Part shown: in pieces, positions 61,110-64,000 of the stretch
Layout of the letters: each line of letters opens with the position of its first letter
How positions within the stretch are numbered: position 1 is the stretch's first letter
Sequence record: KP869112
DNA length: 64,000 nt
From: Escherichia coli O157 typing phage 14
Direction: 5' to 3' (one strand)
Position numbers and translations under genes: made by a program
The notes under the pieces: model-generated
The model's database searches: none
Told to the model about the DNA's origin: nothing
Seen by the model: the letters and a program-made list of their open reading frames with translations, nothing else

Positions 61110-61571
61110 ATGAGTAATGTTATGATTCCTAAAAAGACATTTATTTCAGTTACTTTAGATTTCCTAGCTACCGTCCCTGGGTTTAACGTTCGCACACGAA
61201 ACGGTCTCCGAGCTGCACTCTTCGCCGTAGGGTTTGATTTAAAAAATATTGATGTTCTTCGTGGAAAAAACGTTAGATGCAAAAATAAGCCAACCCATTA
61301 TCGAAAGGCAGATGTATTTGCTGGTGTCATGCGTGCAGACTTTAGATACCCACAAATGTATAACGGTGTAGATATTTTAGATGTAGATAAAGCACCTGGT
61401 GAGGCAATGCTTGTTCAAGATCTTCCGTATGATATCCCTGTAGAGGATCGTGTTAATGTAAGAAAGTATACAAAACAATCTGAAAAGGCTGAAGATATTC
61501 ATATTGTTGATGAACCTTTCAATTTTGAAGATCTGCATCGCCTAGAAAAATTATTCGGTATTGAAAGCTAA
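61110..61571 (+). CDS. hypothetical protein
   Basis: Start taken as ATG 61110 (MSNVMIPKK, RBS GGAGA) because the track start at 61071 lies immediately after the -10 box. Confidence 0.4.
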   Translation: MSNVMIPKKTFISVTLDFLATVPGFNVRTRNGLRAALFAVGFDLKNIDVLRGKNVRCKNKPTHYRKADVFAGVMRADFRYPQMYNGVDILDVDKAPGEAMLVQDLPYDIPVEDRVNVRKYTKQSEKAEDIHIVDEPFNFEDLHRLEKLFGIES

Positions 61572-61581
61572 GGTGGTGAAG

Positions 61582-61812
61582 ATGAGTCATAACTCCAAGT
61601 GGAAGGATCTTGGTTTTGCAAGTCGGGCAGAATATGTTGGCTGGCTTTGGTTCAACGGCCTGACAAACGATATTAAAATGTATGATGATGTTTATTATGA
61701 CGAGTATACAGGTAAAATTATAAATATCTCTGTAGAAGAGGATACCTTTGTCCAGCAAGATACTGATACCTGCCTTGATAAATACGTTAATGAAGTGGAG
61801 GAAGCAAATTGA
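61582..61812 (+). CDS. hypothetical protein
   Basis: ATG at 61582 with RBS AAGGTGG; 76 aa. Confidence 0.35.
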   Translation: MSHNSKWKDLGFASRAEYVGWLWFNGLTNDIKMYDDVYYDEYTGKIINISVEEDTFVQQDTDTCLDKYVNEVEEAN

Positions 61813-64000
61813 TCACCAAGGTAATTAAAAGCAACGGATGTGAAGTGGCATTCGATCCAGAACGTTTAAATAAGGCAGCTATTTTCGGTGACGACGGTAA
61901 CGGCAATTGGTCACACATTGCACTGGATGCATACAAACGACTGTATGATGGATGTACAACCAAAGAAGTTAACCAAGCTATCATAGACTCCTGTGTTAGC
62001 CGTAAAGACGAAGCACATTCCCGTATGGCTGGTCGTGTTCTTATTGGTCAGATTTATAAAGAGGCTTTTGGAGGGTTTACAAAGATCCCTTCCTTACCAT
62101 CCTTTTACAACGACATGGTTGAGAAAGGGTATTGGGAGGATATGGGTTATAGCTTTACCGAGTTAAACACTTTAGGCACGGTTATTGATCACAGTAAAGA
62201 TCTCGGTTATGGCTATGCAGTCCTTAAACAGTTTCGCGACAAATACGGGATCAAGGATACTCTTAAAGACACCTTGTTTGAATCTCCCCAGATGATGTTT
62301 ATGGGGATAGCAATGGCTGTCATGAAGAATATGCCGAAAGAACGTCGTATCAACGATGTTGTAAAATTATACACTTATCTGTCCGACTTAAAGATCAATG
62401 CCCCGACACCGTACTTAAACGGGCTGCGTACAGGTAAGACAGGGTATGCATCTTGTTGTGTAATAAAAGCTGATGATACAGCAAAATCTATTGGTGTGGC
62501 ACGTGAAGTTGCGTACACAATGACGGTTAACCAAGCAGGTATCGGCTACTATTTATCATCAAGATCTGCAGGCGATGGTGTTCGTGGTAACACTATTAAA
62601 CACATGGGTAAGATTCCATATTATCGAGGTATTGATGCTGGGGTTAAGGAGAACAGACAACAATCACGTGGCGGTTCTGCAACAGTATCATTCCTTGCAC
62701 TAGACCCGCAGATTGATGAGCTAATCCGTTTGAGAAACCCTATGACTGTTGCTTCAAAAAGAATCAACACCATGGACTACTCTATAGGTATTAATAGGTC
62801 GTTTATCAACCGTGTGGCTAAGAATTTAGATTGGATGCTTGTTTCTTATAAGCACGCGCCTCAACTGCATGAAGGTATCTTCACCATGTCTATGGAGGAG
62901 TTTGATGCAGAGGTTGATCGTATCGCTAAAGATGACAGTATTCCTAAAACATGGATCCGAGCTAGAGATCTTGCTGTTGAGCTGATCACGCAGCGTACCG
63001 AGGTGGGAAGACTGTACGTATACTGGACAGATGAGATGAATAGACATACACCTTTTAAAGATGTGATCTATTCAAGTAACCTGTGTGCAGAAATAGCCCT
63101 CCCGACAAAAGGCTATTCAGATATGCGTAATATCTTCAAGTACGATGTTGATGATGGTGAGGTTGCATTGTGCTTCCTGTCATCCCTTGTAGCTGGAAGG
63201 GTTACCCCAGAGGAGTATGAGGATGTTGCATACTACACGGTGCTTATGATTGACAATGTTATGGAAATCATGACATATCCGTATGAAAATATGGAGAGTA
63301 CTGTTAAAAAACGCAGATCCATCGGGGTTGGCCTTACCAATGTTGCACATTTTATTGCCAGCCACAAGGTTACTTACGGATCTCCTGAAAGTAAACAGCT
63401 TGTTCACGATCTTGCAGAACTTCACAGCTACAGCTTGCATAAGGCAAGTTTACGGTTGGCAAAAGAGCGTGGTGTCTGCGAGTGGATGCATAAGACAAAA
63501 TATCCAGAAGGTTGGTTACCAATCGACACCTATAACAAAGAGGTCGATAGCGTGGTGAAAGATCCTTCTCTTAAACAGGATTGGGAAGGGTTACGTAAAG
63601 AAATCATTGAAAATGGTGGGCTACGTAATAGCGTTCTTGAAGCATATATGCCTAATGAAAGCTCTTCGCTGGCAACAAACACCACTAACGGGGTCTATCC
63701 TGTCCGTGAGCACATTATCTTTAAAAAGTCGCCACAAGGGCAGGTGCTGTTTATCGTTCCTGACTATGATGAGTTGAAAGAGTATTACACTTCGGCTTGG
63801 GACGTTGATACTAACGACATGATCGATATGTATGCTGTGATTCAAAAATTCACAGGTCAGGCAATCAGCGCGGATTTGTACATAGACTACACCAAGTTGA
63901 AAGATGGTAAAATTTCAATGAAGGAGCAGCTAGGGTACCTTATCCGTGCCACTAAATTCGGGATGAAGACATGGTATTATTTAAACTCTAGGGTTGGTGC
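61809..64000 (+). CDS. nrdA: ribonucleoside-diphosphate reductase alpha subunit (class I NrdA), 3'-partial
   Basis: Manual translation from TTG at 61809 (RBS GGAGGA): ATP-cone-like N-terminus ITKVIKSNGCEVAFDPERLNKAA and active-site region SSNLCAEIALPT in frame; no stop before the window end, so it is absent from the ORF track. Confidence 0.8.
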   Translation, partial: MITKVIKSNGCEVAFDPERLNKAAIFGDDGNGNWSHIALDAYKRLYDGCTTKEVNQAIIDSCVSRKDEAHSRMAGRVLIGQIYKEAFGGFTKIPSLPSFYNDMVEKGYWEDMGYSFTELNTLGTVIDHSKDLGYGYAVLKQFRDKYGIKDTLKDTLFESPQMMFMGIAMAVMKNMPKERRINDVVKLYTYLSDLKINAPTPYLNGLRTGKTGYASCCVIKADDTAKSIGVAREVAYTMTVNQAGIGYYLSSRSAGDGVRGNTIKHMGKIPYYRGIDAGVKENRQQSRGGSATVSFLALDPQIDELIRLRNPMTVASKRINTMDYSIGINRSFINRVAKNLDWMLVSYKHAPQLHEGIFTMSMEEFDAEVDRIAKDDSIPKTWIRARDLAVELITQRTEVGRLYVYWTDEMNRHTPFKDVIYSSNLCAEIALPTKGYSDMRNIFKYDVDDGEVALCFLSSLVAGRVTPEEYEDVAYYTVLMIDNVMEIMTYPYENMESTVKKRRSIGVGLTNVAHFIASHKVTYGSPESKQLVHDLAELHSYSLHKASLRLAKERGVCEWMHKTKYPEGWLPIDTYNKEVDSVVKDPSLKQDWEGLRKEIIENGGLRNSVLEAYMPNESSSLATNTTNGVYPVREHIIFKKSPQGQVLFIVPDYDELKEYYTSAWDVDTNDMIDMYAVIQKFTGQAISADLYIDYTKLKDGKISMKEQLGYLIRATKFGMKTWYYLNSRVG

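Overview
This window is a 64-kb segment of a virulent, contractile-tailed phage genome; an enterobacterial host is inferred from a lambda R-like endolysin and a lambda Tfa-like fibre chaperone. All calls rest on reading the sequence and the supplied ORF track by eye; no database search or folding was run. Positions 1-41,730 (minus strand) hold one long morphogenesis module: a large terminase gene split by a group I intron that carries an endonuclease VII-type homing endonuclease, then portal, protease, scaffold, capsid, sheath, tube, a chaperone pair with a canonical -1 frameshift site, tape measure, baseplate and spike, and at least five fibre or spike proteins. Positions 41,776-42,588 hold seven minus-strand tRNA genes, one of them atypical (97 nt). 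Positions 42,600-46,540 hold small minus-strand genes, two GC-rich ORF-free islands and an array of six 17-bp palindromes beside an AT-rich tract. Positions 46,660-64,000 (plus strand) hold early genes: an RNA-repair-like set (kinase, phosphoesterase, RNA ligase), a Sir2-like protein, DNA ligase, endolysin, nucleases, a methyltransferase, a ThyX-like protein and the start of nrdA. The most interesting unexplained elements are the two GC-rich islands and the palindrome array, followed by the RNA-repair/Sir2 cluster and the fibre anchor-domain arrangement.
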